Sequence record: DRR723986_4781
DNA: 61,349 bases
Reading direction: 5' to 3' (one strand)
Positions 50,780 to 61,007 of the stretch are shown piece by piece (the stretch's first letter is position 1; every line of letters begins with the position of its first letter). A model generated the notes under the pieces. The model saw only the letters and a list, made by a program, of their open reading frames with translations. It was not told where the DNA came from and did no database searches. Made by a program: the position numbers and the translations under genes.

Positions 50780-51651
50780 GAAATTGCGGGCCAGCTATCA
50801 GGGACGATGAACAAACGCTGCGACTCAGTGGCGGGTGACTGACTCGGGGGAAACCGACTGATAAGCAAGGGAGAATCCTGAGCGCGGAAATGACCGTGAA
50901 GATATTGCACCATGTTCTCGGCAGTTAAAACATCCTTATCGGCGGGCGATGCGACGTCATCGGCGAGCCAGAAGGGTTTCCGCAATACTCTATATCGCAC
51001 ACTTTCGTCGGAGGCGAGCTCAGGCACCTCGCGGGCCCGTAGCCAATGTCCGCTCAAGTTTTTTTCAGCAAGCTGCACCGAATGCGATTCCGGCAAGACT
51101 GTTGGGCAATGATAAAAGATCCGCCCCTTCACGAAGGCTGCTTGGCGTTCGATCTCGGGGAAGTGATGGCGGCCCAACGGAAGTTGATGCTCGACAAGTC
51201 GCCTGATCTTCTTACCGAGCGTGTCGTTTGCATTCGGCCCAACGTACTCGCTCGTCGCTTGCTCTACTGTGTCTGTCTGCAGATAGAATTTGCACGCCAA
51301 TTCCCAGTGGTTCAACCTCCCCTGCTCATCGCGAAATAGCAAGTCGATCTCGCCAAGGGTTCTTGTGCCATCATGTAGCTGCATTGACTGCGAAACAATC
51401 TCGCAACGGCGGATTGAGCGGATCCAGTACGCAATCAACTGCTCGAAGTAGCTGCCCACGCGCCGCGGTTGGTGCTGTTTGAAGTATCGCGTCAAATCTT
51501 CCCGATCGACATCGCTAGCCCGCAACTGTTGAGCCGGAACCACATCGTGACCAGCAAGCTGCACCAAAGGTGGGCTACTCACCGCCCAAATAAGATCACG
51601 GACATATCGTTCAGATTCTTGCATCGCACCAGCATACCGCGGCAGGCTCAA
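50776..51651 (-). CDS. DUF1853 family protein (PD-(D/E)xK-like)
   Basis: VRDLIW...SPPL, RVGSYFEQL, TLGEIDLL, HWELACKFYL, GPN..D.L, HQLPL; start may be an internal Met. Confidence 0.85.
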   Translation of the reverse strand: MSLPRYAGAMQESERYVRDLIWAVSSPPLVQLAGHDVVPAQQLRASDVDREDLTRYFKQHQPRRVGSYFEQLIAYWIRSIRRCEIVSQSMQLHDGTRTLGEIDLLFRDEQGRLNHWELACKFYLQTDTVEQATSEYVGPNANDTLGKKIRRLVEHQLPLGRHHFPEIERQAAFVKGRIFYHCPTVLPESHSVQLAEKNLSGHWLRAREVPELASDESVRYRVLRKPFWLADDVASPADKDVLTAENMVQYLHGHFRAQDSPLLISRFPPSQSPATESQRLFIVPDSWPAIS

Positions 51652-51786
51652 GGTCAGCCAGTGGCCTGCCTTCGGACTTGCTTGGTGCCTGAGTCAGAGC
51701 AATCGGATTTGGATGCCTTGTGGTAGGATGGCATGTCCGACGAAACTAACTAACGCGGCACTTGATGTCGCTACCAAAATTCTCTG

Positions 51787-52350
51787 ATGGATCCAACGAT
51801 GATTGCTTTTAAGTTACTTACTCCCCGCCGACTGCGACTGATGAGCTCCGCTGCGATGCTTCTGTTTGCAACAATGTGTGCTACGGAGGCTCGGAGCGAG
51901 GGCGAAGCGGACAAGGAACCTACAGAGACGACGTTTATCGTCGTTCGACACGCTGAACGCGAAGGCAATCAGGACAAGCTATCCGCTCATGGGGAAGCTC
52001 GAGCGGAGATACTTCGCTCACTTGGGACTGCGCTCCGCGTGTCTGCAATCTACTCGACCAACACCGAAAGAACGAAGAGCACAGTGAAGCCACTGGGAGA
52101 AGCCCTCAAGTTGAAAACGCAACTCTACGGACGGATCACCCGCAATTGGCCAACGGAACTTGAACAAGCGAACTCAGGTGGCGTTGTACTTATTGTGGGG
52201 CACTCCAACACAACGGGCGTGATCGCGGGCCTGCTAGCTGACAAAGCACCGTTTCCAATCGGTCACGACGAATACGATGCGATGTTCATCGTCACTCGAC
52301 GCGGCAGCGAATCACACTGCGTCCGCATTCAATTCGGCAAGAATGACTAG
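51787..52350 (+). CDS. Histidine phosphatase (SixA/PGM-like), probably exported
   Basis: VVRHAE, LS..G..RA, RT..T, VGHSNT. Confidence 0.85.
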   Translation: MDPTMIAFKLLTPRRLRLMSSAAMLLFATMCATEARSEGEADKEPTETTFIVVRHAEREGNQDKLSAHGEARAEILRSLGTALRVSAIYSTNTERTKSTVKPLGEALKLKTQLYGRITRNWPTELEQANSGGVVLIVGHSNTTGVIAGLLADKAPFPIGHDEYDAMFIVTRRGSESHCVRIQFGKND

Positions 52351-52442
52351 AGCAGACTGAAACCTTTGGGCCATTGGCTGGACAATTGAAGCAACTTGAA
52401 TGGAGCCAAGTACAACGATCATCCTGTTGTGCATATGCGTTC

Positions 52443-52464
52443 TGGTGGGTTTCACCCACCCTAC
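52443..52464 (-). repeat. GTAG REP-like palindrome (family B)
   Basis: Minus strand GTAG-GGTGGGTGAAACCCACCA. Confidence 0.7.
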
Positions 52465-52514
52465 ATTGCTGAACCTTCTGGCCGAACACTACGACACTAC
52501 GGAAACGACAAGCG

Positions 52515-54896
52515 ATGAAAACACTGCTACTCTTCACCGCATTGCTCCTCCTGCCCGATGTGGCAATGGCGGATCTTAAAGAAGATGTCGCGCCATTGAT
52601 CGAATCATCGTGCATTCATTGTCACGACTCCGGCAGCGCAAATGGCTTGGACTTCGAATCGCTGGGACATGACGTGTCAGATCCGGACACCTTCCGTGCT
52701 TGGGAAACAGTCTTCGATCGGGTGAACGACGGCGAGATGCCTCCAGAGTCCGAAGAACGCCCCGATGCCGAAGTCAGAAGTGCTGCACTTTCATCGCTGA
52801 AGCAAACCCTCGCATCTGCAAGCCGCGCACGACAGCAGCAGGTTGGTCGCGTTCCAGCTCGGCGACTTACGAAACTTGAATTCGGCTACACACTTCGCGA
52901 TCTACTATTGATCGATAGCGATGTCACTGCCGGTATCCCGGATGAAGTCGAATCGGGCAGCTTTGATACCGTTGGGTCAGACCAACGCATCTCGGCCGTG
53001 CACATGGAAAGCTACCTGCGTGCGGCTGAGACAGCACTGCGTCTGGCGATCAAGCTGGGAGAAAACCCCTACCGCTCCTCATCGAACGACTATGGTTATC
53101 TGGATGAGTGGCATGACAAGCCACTCAACCTGGGCGGCAGCATTACCCGAAAGCTCGACTCGGGTGACGGGATCGCACTGTTTCGAGACATCGACTATCT
53201 GACTCATTTTCAGTTCGGTGTCACCACGCCAGGAATCCATCGACTAAGCACCAAAATAGCTGCCTTTCAATCGAAGACGCCTGTGATTGCAAAGCTAATC
53301 ATCAAGGATCAAACCGGCGGAGCGACCCTGATGAAGTCCGTTGATCTCTTGCCAGGCGAACCGCAAACGGTCGTCGTCGAGACGTTCTTAAAGCCCGGCG
53401 ATACGCCCTACATCACATTTGACATGGAAGGCAAAGAACCATTCACGGGCATTACAGCGGCGGGAGGCTCAAAGAATTACCAAGGTCGCGGCTTGGCGAT
53501 CTATTCACAATCGGTTGAGGGACCACTGCTGGATTCGTGGCCGCCGCCAAGCACGCGACAGTTGTTCGCTGGGCTGAAGAACGTCAAAGATGCCGAAATC
53601 GACTTGGACGCGATTCGCGAGATGAAAACAGACCTGAACGCAGTTGCCAATGTCATTCGTGAAATCGCACCGCGGGCCTTCCGCAGGCCCGTTGCTGACG
53701 AAGAACTCCAGGAGTTCGTCGACCTGGCGCAACCTGCGATTCACCAGGGACGCGACTTGGTGGATGTGATTCAGATTCCATTGCGTTCGATGTTGAGTTC
53801 ACCTCAGTTTCTCCTATTCGATGAACGGCCCGGCGAACTCAACGACTTCGCGCTCGCCAACCGGCTCTCCTACTTTCTGTGGAAGAGCATGCCAGATGAC
53901 GAGCTTGTCAATCTCGCGCAGGCAAACGAACTTCACAAACCGGCAGTCTTGGCCGAACAAGTCGAGCGTATGCTCGCTGATGAAAAATCGCAACGCTTTG
54001 TTCAAGACTTCCTGGGGCAATGGCTTAGACTGTACAAGGTCAATGCGACCACGCCGGACGATGGTTTGTATCCCGAATACGATGAATTGCTGGGGGCTGC
54101 CATTCCGCGAGAAACCGAGCTCTTCTTCACCGAACTGATTAAGGAGAATCTAAGTCTGTCGAATGTGATCGATTCCGACTTTACTTTTGTCAATCGGCGA
54201 CTGGCTCAGTTGTACGAGATCGAAGGTGTTGAAGGGCAGCAGTTTCGCAAAGTCGAGTTGGCCGCCGACAGCCCTCGCGGAGGAGTGCTGACGCAAGCTG
54301 CTGTTCTTAAGACGACAGCGAACGGCACAACGACATCTCCCGTGATGCGAGGAAACTTCGTACTGACCAATCTCCTCGGAACGCCGCCATCGCCACCACC
54401 ACCGGGCGTTGGATCCATTGAACCTGACACACGCGGCAAGACCACGATTCGTGAAATCCTGGTCGCTCACCGAGAGATAGAGTCGTGCAACCAGTGCCAT
54501 CGCGAGATCGACCCTCCCGGTTTTGCACTTGAGAGTTTCGATCCGATCGGAGGTTTCCGAACTTTCTATCGAGCCTCGGGAGGAGAAGTAACATTTGGCG
54601 GCTTTACGACCAAGCTCCCACCAAAGCGAGGGCCGCGGGTCGATCCAAGCGGCGTCACCTCAGACGGACAGGCGTTTTCGGGGATCGAAGAATTTAAACT
54701 ACACTTGAATAGAAACAAAGAACAACTAGCCCGCAACTTTATATCAAAGCTGGTCGTCTACTCCACCGGCGGCGAGGTTCAGTTTGCGGACCGAGAGGAA
54801 ATCGAAAGAATTCTCAAGCGCACAGCCGAAGATGATTTTCCCGCTAAAGATATCCTGCACGCAGTCATTCAAAGCAAACTGTTCCGCCACAAGTAG
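52515..54896 (+). CDS. Planctomycete cytochrome c / DUF1587-1595-1592-1588-1585 protein
   Basis: CIHCH, GEMPP, RRLT..E, AFRRP, LA.RLSYFLW.S.PD, TSPVMRG, CNQCH..IDPPGFALE. Confidence 0.92.
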   Translation: MKTLLLFTALLLLPDVAMADLKEDVAPLIESSCIHCHDSGSANGLDFESLGHDVSDPDTFRAWETVFDRVNDGEMPPESEERPDAEVRSAALSSLKQTLASASRARQQQVGRVPARRLTKLEFGYTLRDLLLIDSDVTAGIPDEVESGSFDTVGSDQRISAVHMESYLRAAETALRLAIKLGENPYRSSSNDYGYLDEWHDKPLNLGGSITRKLDSGDGIALFRDIDYLTHFQFGVTTPGIHRLSTKIAAFQSKTPVIAKLIIKDQTGGATLMKSVDLLPGEPQTVVVETFLKPGDTPYITFDMEGKEPFTGITAAGGSKNYQGRGLAIYSQSVEGPLLDSWPPPSTRQLFAGLKNVKDAEIDLDAIREMKTDLNAVANVIREIAPRAFRRPVADEELQEFVDLAQPAIHQGRDLVDVIQIPLRSMLSSPQFLLFDERPGELNDFALANRLSYFLWKSMPDDELVNLAQANELHKPAVLAEQVERMLADEKSQRFVQDFLGQWLRLYKVNATTPDDGLYPEYDELLGAAIPRETELFFTELIKENLSLSNVIDSDFTFVNRRLAQLYEIEGVEGQQFRKVELAADSPRGGVLTQAAVLKTTANGTTTSPVMRGNFVLTNLLGTPPSPPPPGVGSIEPDTRGKTTIREILVAHREIESCNQCHREIDPPGFALESFDPIGGFRTFYRASGGEVTFGGFTTKLPPKRGPRVDPSGVTSDGQAFSGIEEFKLHLNRNKEQLARNFISKLVVYSTGGEVQFADREEIERILKRTAEDDFPAKDILHAVIQSKLFRHK

Positions 54897-54966
54897 AACC
54901 CGAAGGGATAAACGGAGACGAACGAGCCCGGTAGTCGTGTAAGCGGCGAGGTACGCGGAAGCCATG

Positions 54967-55047
54967 CCCGTGGCCTTACGGCCAGCGGCTCACGACTGGA
55001 ATGCAAAACAGCATCAACCGTGAGCCGCGATCGCGTAAGCGGCCGGG
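54967..55047. repeat. REP-like composite repeat (family C) between the DUF1592 and DUF1552 genes
   Basis: Reverse-complement matches to 47314-47340 and 47376-47402. Confidence 0.8.
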
Positions 55048-55073
55048 CAACTCACACTTTCCGAAAAACAACC

Positions 55074-56330
55074 ATGCACAACAAATTACACCGACGCACT
55101 CTGCTGCAAGCATCTGGCATATCGCTCGCTCTGCCGTTCCTGGAATCGATGCATCCAGCCTTCGGCCGCGGCGACACGCCACCACCGAAACGAATGGTCT
55201 TGATATGCACGGCTCTGGGACTTCACCCACCGAACTTGTGGCCCAAGACGCCTGGTGCTGACTACGAATCGACGCCCTATCTAGACATGCTCAAAGAGCA
55301 TCGCCGGGACTATACGCTCTTCGCTGGCTTGCAGCACGAAGACCAAACTGGGCGACAACCTCACGATAGCGAGATGACGTTCCTAACCGCCGCTCGTAAA
55401 CCTGGCATGGGCGGCTTTCGCAACTCCATCTCACTCGACCAGGTCGCCGCCAGCCAAGTTGGTCGAGCGACGCGTTTTCCGTCCATCACACTTGGAACCA
55501 TGAAACCGCAAAGCCAATCGTACACCAGCGGCGGTGTCATGATTCCTGCGCAAACCAGTCCGGCGAATCTCTTTGCGCAGCTCTTTCTAGAGGGCAAACC
55601 TGACGAAGTGCAGGCGCAGCGGAAGCGGCTTCGAGACGGTAAGAGCATTCTTGATGAGCTAGGTTCACAGGCAAAGTCACTGCGCCAGAAAACAAGCTCA
55701 GCGGACAATCACCTGCTAGGCGATTATTTTGATTCCGTTCGCGCGGCCGAACAAAATATCGCGGCAGCCGAAGGATGGATGGACAGGCCTAAGCCAAAAA
55801 TCGACAGCAAGCAGCCAGCGGATATCCCCGACCCCGCCGATCTGATCGGCCGCGCAAAGTTGCTGATGGATCTGGTGCCGCTGATTGTTCAGACCGATTC
55901 GACTCGGGTTGTCAGCATCATGATTCAGGACCACTTTGTCGTGCCGAAGGTCGAAGGCGTCACGGGCAATCACCACAACCTTTCGCACCATGGCCAGGAT
56001 CCGAGCAAGATCAACCAGCTCGAGAAGATCGAAAGTGGAATCATGGGTTGCTTCAGCAGTTTGTTATCGCAAATGAAATCGCGAAAGGAGTCTGGTTCAA
56101 GTTTGCTTGACAATACATCGGTACTCTTTGGCAGCAACCTTGGCAACGCGAACGCCCACCACGCTCGAAACCTTCCTATCTTTTTAGCCGGTGGCGGGTT
56201 CAGGCACGGCCGCTTCCTGCGCGAGGACGAGGGCACTCCCCTCTGCAATCTCTTCCTCTCCATGCTCAACGCCATGGATCTCGACATCGAATCATTCGGC
56301 CAGAGCACCGGAAACCTGTCGCTGACCTAG
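55074..56330 (+). CDS. DUF1552 family protein (Tat-like signal)
   Basis: RRTLLQASGISLALPFLESM, ISLDQ, SILD, DSTRV, HNLSHHG, LPI.LAGG. Confidence 0.92.
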   Translation: MHNKLHRRTLLQASGISLALPFLESMHPAFGRGDTPPPKRMVLICTALGLHPPNLWPKTPGADYESTPYLDMLKEHRRDYTLFAGLQHEDQTGRQPHDSEMTFLTAARKPGMGGFRNSISLDQVAASQVGRATRFPSITLGTMKPQSQSYTSGGVMIPAQTSPANLFAQLFLEGKPDEVQAQRKRLRDGKSILDELGSQAKSLRQKTSSADNHLLGDYFDSVRAAEQNIAAAEGWMDRPKPKIDSKQPADIPDPADLIGRAKLLMDLVPLIVQTDSTRVVSIMIQDHFVVPKVEGVTGNHHNLSHHGQDPSKINQLEKIESGIMGCFSSLLSQMKSRKESGSSLLDNTSVLFGSNLGNANAHHARNLPIFLAGGGFRHGRFLREDEGTPLCNLFLSMLNAMDLDIESFGQSTGNLSLT

Positions 56331-56487
56331 ACTACACGGCCAGCTCGCCTTCTCTGTCTCTGCTGCTATTCAAAATGAACAGGTAAACGCAGTCAGAACG
56401 CCGCACCGCCGAGACACGCGGGGCGCGACTGTGTTGCTTGACGGCGCTGTGTTCGCGGGGCCAGTGTTCCCTGGGCCTGTGTAAACG

Positions 56488-56808
56488 TCAGCCTTCCTCG
56501 GCCGCGTCCTGGATGTTCTTTACCAGTTCGGAGCGGGTCGATGCAAAGGGGCCGTACCGCGAAACGTCGATCCCTAAAAACTTGGCTAGGTTAACGGCCA
56601 AGTCGACGTCTCGGATCCCTTCGAACTGATTGGTAATTTCGCCCTCAAAGTAGATTGTCTGAGAGTCGTCGTGAAATCCTGACTCGTAGCAGTCCGTCAA
56701 CTGTTCAATCCAAGCCTCAGGGATACCGCGCTGGCGGCAGTAGTCGAGCGACCAAATGTCGTCCCCCGTGCATTCCAACAACAACAGTAGAGCCTTAAGT
56801 CGATTCAC
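56488..56808 (-). CDS. Hypothetical protein
   Basis: 106-aa protein-like ORF (LLECTGDDIW, ESGF) co-oriented with its neighbours. Confidence 0.7.
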   Translation of the reverse strand: MNRLKALLLLLECTGDDIWSLDYCRQRGIPEAWIEQLTDCYESGFHDDSQTIYFEGEITNQFEGIRDVDLAVNLAKFLGIDVSRYGPFASTRSELVKNIQDAAEEG

Positions 56809-56883
56809 CCAAATGCACCTGAGTTTACTTCACACAATTCTCAGCGAATGCCATATCTCCGCGACGGCAGTACGAATGTGAGA

Positions 56884-57648
56884 CTAACTCTCAAGCCTCT
56901 CAAGACGTGCTACTAGGTCAGCAACCGTCGACTTCAACGCTTCGACTTCGGTCTTTAGTTCGCTCAACTCTTGCGACGTAGATGATCGAGAGGATCCAGC
57001 CGAACTGCTGCCTGCCGGCGGCGCTTTTCCGGCCTCTTCCTTCAGACTCTCCAGTTCGTGCGTTTGGTACAGATTATGAGTGAACAGTTGCCCGCGGCCC
57101 GGAGGTGTCAGGGCGACGACTAGGTTTCGTGCAATCAGATCATTCAGTATGTTCTGCATCGCGCCAAGGTCGTCAATCGCTCCGAAACGACTGGCTCGCG
57201 TTCGAAGCTCACCGGCAGTCTGCTCGCCGCGGAGTAGCAACTCGGCCATGACTCCCGTCTCGACCCCCTTGGTCCCCATGTAGTCAGAACCGTAGTGGCG
57301 ATACTTGGGGACTCGTCCACCACCGTGCACCTCTGCCAGGACACCTTGAGCGCGCATGGCCTGAATTTCATCTTCGACCTGCTCGCTGGTCAAATTCATC
57401 AGCGGATTGCGATTGCTTTTCTGATTGCAACCGTTGACGAGGGCGTTGAGCGACAGTGGATAGGTGTCGGGCGTCGTCCTGGCCTTCTCAATGAGGACCC
57501 CCAAGATGCGACGCTGCATCGGCTCCAGGGGCTGGACGGTGTTCTGTACTTCAGCGATTTCTGCTTCACTAGTTGCTGCGTCGCCGGTGCTATCGGAGGC
57601 ATTCTCGGGCGAGCTAGTCGAAGTTGGCTTGGGCTGTTGATCCATCAA
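56884..57648 (-). CDS. DUF480/YceH family protein
   Basis: RILGVLIEK..TTPDTYPLSLNAL..GCNQKSNR.P.M, LLLRGEQT.GELR. Confidence 0.92.
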   Translation of the reverse strand: MMDQQPKPTSTSSPENASDSTGDAATSEAEIAEVQNTVQPLEPMQRRILGVLIEKARTTPDTYPLSLNALVNGCNQKSNRNPLMNLTSEQVEDEIQAMRAQGVLAEVHGGGRVPKYRHYGSDYMGTKGVETGVMAELLLRGEQTAGELRTRASRFGAIDDLGAMQNILNDLIARNLVVALTPPGRGQLFTHNLYQTHELESLKEEAGKAPPAGSSSAGSSRSSTSQELSELKTEVEALKSTVADLVARLERLES

Positions 57649-57706
57649 TTTAATCCCGCCTGCTTTGGATTCGGTAACTTATTCGTGACTCAAGAACACT
57701 GTCGGG

Positions 57707-58504
57707 CTAGCTTGGGCGTCCCTTTACCCGGAACATCTGCTCGTGAGGTAACAGCGCCCCACCATCGATCGATAGGGTGGCTCCATTAATGTACTCACTT
57801 GCCTCATCACACAGGAAGACGACTCCTCGTGCGATTTCTTCCGGCGCGGCCAATCGGCCCCACGGCAGTTCACTGCCCTTTACAGAAAGTTCATCTTCGT
57901 GGAAGAATTTTCGTTCACCAGGTGTGTCGGTCCAGCCGGGGTGAACGATGTTGACTCGAATCCGATATTCACTCAATTCACAAGCCGCCGTCCGCGCCAT
58001 CTGGTCCACGGCACCTTTGGCCATGTTGTAAGCCATTGCGCCTGGAATCGCTTTGTAAGCATGCGGCGAGCTTATACAAACGATGTTACCGGGAATCTCG
58101 CGGTCGATCATCTTGCACGACACGGCCCGAAGAAAATTGAACGGACCCCACATACAAACATCAAGCGTCTTATCAAAGCCTGCCAAGTCGGCTTTATAAA
58201 ACAACTCACGATCGCTGTACGCTGCGTTGGTAACCAACAGGTCGATGCCCGAATGCTTGGCATCCAGTTCATCGACAAGCGAAAACACACGCTGCCGGTC
58301 ACTAACGTCAGCAATTGCGGCCTCGCCTGTACCACCGACGTTCTTGATCGCTGCAAGTGTGTCATCTGGGCTCACGATATCGTTAACAATTGTATGCGCC
58401 CCCTGCTCTGCTAGCGCGATTGCAACGGACGCTCCAATCCCACGAGCGGCTCCGGTCACGATGGCGGTCTTGCCTGAAAACTTCGTCGTCTTTTGCTGGT
58501 TCAT
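57707..58504 (-). CDS. SDR family oxidoreductase
   Basis: TGAARGIG, YNMAK (YxxxK), IRVN.VHPGWTDT. Confidence 0.93.
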   Translation of the reverse strand: MNQQKTTKFSGKTAIVTGAARGIGASVAIALAEQGAHTIVNDIVSPDDTLAAIKNVGGTGEAAIADVSDRQRVFSLVDELDAKHSGIDLLVTNAAYSDRELFYKADLAGFDKTLDVCMWGPFNFLRAVSCKMIDREIPGNIVCISSPHAYKAIPGAMAYNMAKGAVDQMARTAACELSEYRIRVNIVHPGWTDTPGERKFFHEDELSVKGSELPWGRLAAPEEIARGVVFLCDEASEYINGATLSIDGGALLPHEQMFRVKGRPS

Positions 58505-58581
58505 AACTATCGCTGTCTGCAAGTATCTACTACGACTGCCCCAATGAGCTCAATGGATGGAAGCCATTCCGACTGGATGAT

Positions 58582-59040
58582 TTAGTTCTTCATCACCACC
58601 CACACGCCGATCGCGACACAGCCTACGCCCAACAAGCGTTTGATGTTGAAGGCCTGCTGATCGTAGCCCATTAGACCAAAGTGATCTAGGACGAGGGACA
58701 GGGTGATTTGCCCAGCTAGTACGAGCGCGATCCATCGAGTGGCCCCCATACTAGGCGCGACCCACAGCGACACCGTAACCATATAGGCGCCACACAGTCC
58801 TCCGGTCCAAGCCCAGCGAGGTGCCGACGAAAGGGCTGCAGTATCCGGGATGCCAATTCTTAGCAGGCAACCTAGCAGTAAGAGTGCGACGAAGCCGATC
58901 CCAAAACTGATAACGCTTGCCTGCAACTTGTGACCACAGTATTCACTCAACCGACCGTTAACGGCAGGTTGCATCGCCATGACGCACCCAGCCAGCAGGG
59001 CCAGCAGCACGCCTAGTGAGGCTATCCATGGCTTATCCAC
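58582..59040 (-). CDS. DMT family transporter (YdcZ/DUF606)
   Basis: Q..VNG.L, ISF.IG, W.W.GG..GA, GQ...SL..DHFG. Confidence 0.9.
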   Translation of the reverse strand: MDKPWIASLGVLLALLAGCVMAMQPAVNGRLSEYCGHKLQASVISFGIGFVALLLLGCLLRIGIPDTAALSSAPRWAWTGGLCGAYMVTVSLWVAPSMGATRWIALVLAGQITLSLVLDHFGLMGYDQQAFNIKRLLGVGCVAIGVWVVMKN

Positions 59041-59344
59041 TTGCCGCTCCTTTCAAGAAAGCTCAGTTGATCAAGACGTCCGAGCAAAAAGTGTAGACGC
59101 AGCAAACTGCATGCGATGAAGGATCGTCAGATTACAAAATCGGTGTCTCGAAGCGGAGAGAACCAACATCACGACCTGGTCCGCTCGATAGCCATCGCCC
59201 GTGAGACAGCCTGCTCAAGACATATCACTCGGCAAAATACTCAGGTCACTCGGCAAGACACTCAGGCAAAACATCCGCGGCACGCACTCGCTGCTTACGA
59301 CGCAGCGAATCTGCTCAGAAGCAATATCCCCGAAGCGTTTGCTG

Positions 59345-59719
59345 TTAAGCCAATACGGCGGAGAGCTTCTCGCGCGTTGCTGCTTCTGCGAACTGGAGTT
59401 TTCCAAAGCCTTCGATGGCCCCCATCTCAACAGCGGCGGCCTGGTGTTCGGCGTAGTTGGTGACCAGCATCACTGGCGCGTAGGCGGTTTGGTCGTTCGC
59501 TTTAAGCTGCTTGAGGACTTCTGTGCCATCAGTGTAGTCGCGGTCCAGCTTGCGATTGATCAGCACTAAATCGATCTTGTGATTCTCTACGACCTGCAAT
59601 GCGTCTTCAGGACCGTGAGCCTGTAGAACTTCACAATCGAAATTGCTGGTCAGCATCGACTTTATCGAGGCGAAATCTGGCGGACAGTTTCCAACGTCGA
59701 GAACGATTTTCTTGGCCAT
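59345..59719 (-). CDS. Single-domain atypical response regulator receiver
   Basis: REC fold (DLVLINRKLD, G.EVLKQLK, PVMLVT, GA..FGK); phospho-acceptor position appears to be Asn. Confidence 0.85.
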   Translation of the reverse strand: MAKKIVLDVGNCPPDFASIKSMLTSNFDCEVLQAHGPEDALQVVENHKIDLVLINRKLDRDYTDGTEVLKQLKANDQTAYAPVMLVTNYAEHQAAAVEMGAIEGFGKLQFAEAATREKLSAVLA

Positions 59720-59735
59720 GTGAGCCTACGTGCTT

Positions 59736-59858
59736 TTAGGGCTGACTGGATACTTCAGTGGTCTGCGGCGAATCACAGCCGGCGGTTACAGCAGTCAGAA
59801 CCATGCCAGAGAAGAAGGCAATCAAGATTAGACCGGCTGCGTGCAGTTCTTTCTTCAT
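59736..59858 (-). CDS. Putative very small lipoprotein (40 aa)
   Basis: MKK, hydrophobic core, VTAG|C lipobox; fills the gap between the cupin and receiver genes. Confidence 0.45.
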   Translation of the reverse strand: MKKELHAAGLILIAFFSGMVLTAVTAGCDSPQTTEVSSQP

Positions 59859-59911
59859 AACTATGTAGAACGATTCCAAATCAAAAGGAGGTAGGAATGC
59901 TTGCTTGGGCT

Positions 59912-60271
59912 CTAGTCGAACCACTCGTCGGCGGGATCAAACTTGGGGCTGGCCACAATGACGACCTTCATCTTCCCGACAGCCCGGTGGCGTGTACCAG
60001 GACGTATCATGATCGCCTGTCCAGGTTCAACAGGAATTCGCTCCCCGTTCAACTCCATGGCGGCGTCTGGCTGACACTCGAGAAAGAAGTATGTCTCAGT
60101 GATGTTCTTGTGGAAGTGGACTTTCGCGTCAACGGAAATCTCCGTTAGATGCAAAGAGTATGGAACAGATTCCTCATTCATCAAGCCCCTTCGTGCAGTA
60201 CCACAGGGGCATTGAGTGCCGGGAAGTGAACTGAAGTCGACGACCGTATAGGCGGAATTCTGGGCTGACAC
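59912..60271 (-). CDS. Cupin domain protein
   Basis: CPCG, H.H....E, IRPGTRHRA; GTG start at 60271. Confidence 0.88.
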   Translation of the reverse strand: MSAQNSAYTVVDFSSLPGTQCPCGTARRGLMNEESVPYSLHLTEISVDAKVHFHKNITETYFFLECQPDAAMELNGERIPVEPGQAIMIRPGTRHRAVGKMKVVIVASPKFDPADEWFD

Positions 60272-61007
60272 TGTTGATCTAGTTCCTAGTGGAGACACAT
60301 TGGGCCTGGCTGAGCCACCGTTTCGGGGGTGATGCGGTAAACTTTTCCGACGCTGCCGGATAAAACGCTTACCAGCGCCCGTGCCGGTTAAGGCCCAAAC
60401 CATTGATTTTTACCGCATTCGGATGCCGGATTAAGTGTTCATGCGCACACTAAAAGGGCTTACCACTGTGAAGGTTTCCGGCTTACGCAAACGCGGCGGG
60501 CCGGAGGGTCCAGCCAACCCGAAAACTCGCCTCAAAGTCGCCATTCTACCTCGCGGTATACGCTCATCATGAAGCGCAAAAAACCCACGTGACGCCTCAA
60601 GCGGCTTCTTCACCCGGACCGATACCCTGTGACTGACTGAGTTACTGTTTGTTTGCAGACAGTCAGAAGGATGCTCAGTCCGATAGCCGGATCAAAGACA
60701 ATGAGTCCAAGGAATGGCTCGTCCGGTAACTGGCGCAAATGACCCAAGCTTTACGTTTTGGAGTGTGGATCACCCGCGAATTCAGCCTCGCAGGTGAAAA
60801 ACCGTCATCGGCACCACGAAGTTGAATGGGAAGTCACTTGAAACGGCCTCGGCCGCTAGGGAGGACGACCTGTTCGTTGCCGGTCTCCGGCTGGAGGGCG
60901 ATTTCGGCGGCGGCTTCGTACGTCGAAACCGGTCTCGGCCAACTACACCCCCGTAAGGCCAAAACCGCGCCAGAAGAAAAGTTCATCGTTTAGGGAGTTG
61001 TGGCTCG

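Noticed and set aside
59116..59569. Plus-strand ORFs in the track
   Set aside because: They overlap the receiver gene antisense and lack protein-like features, like most shadow ORFs in the track
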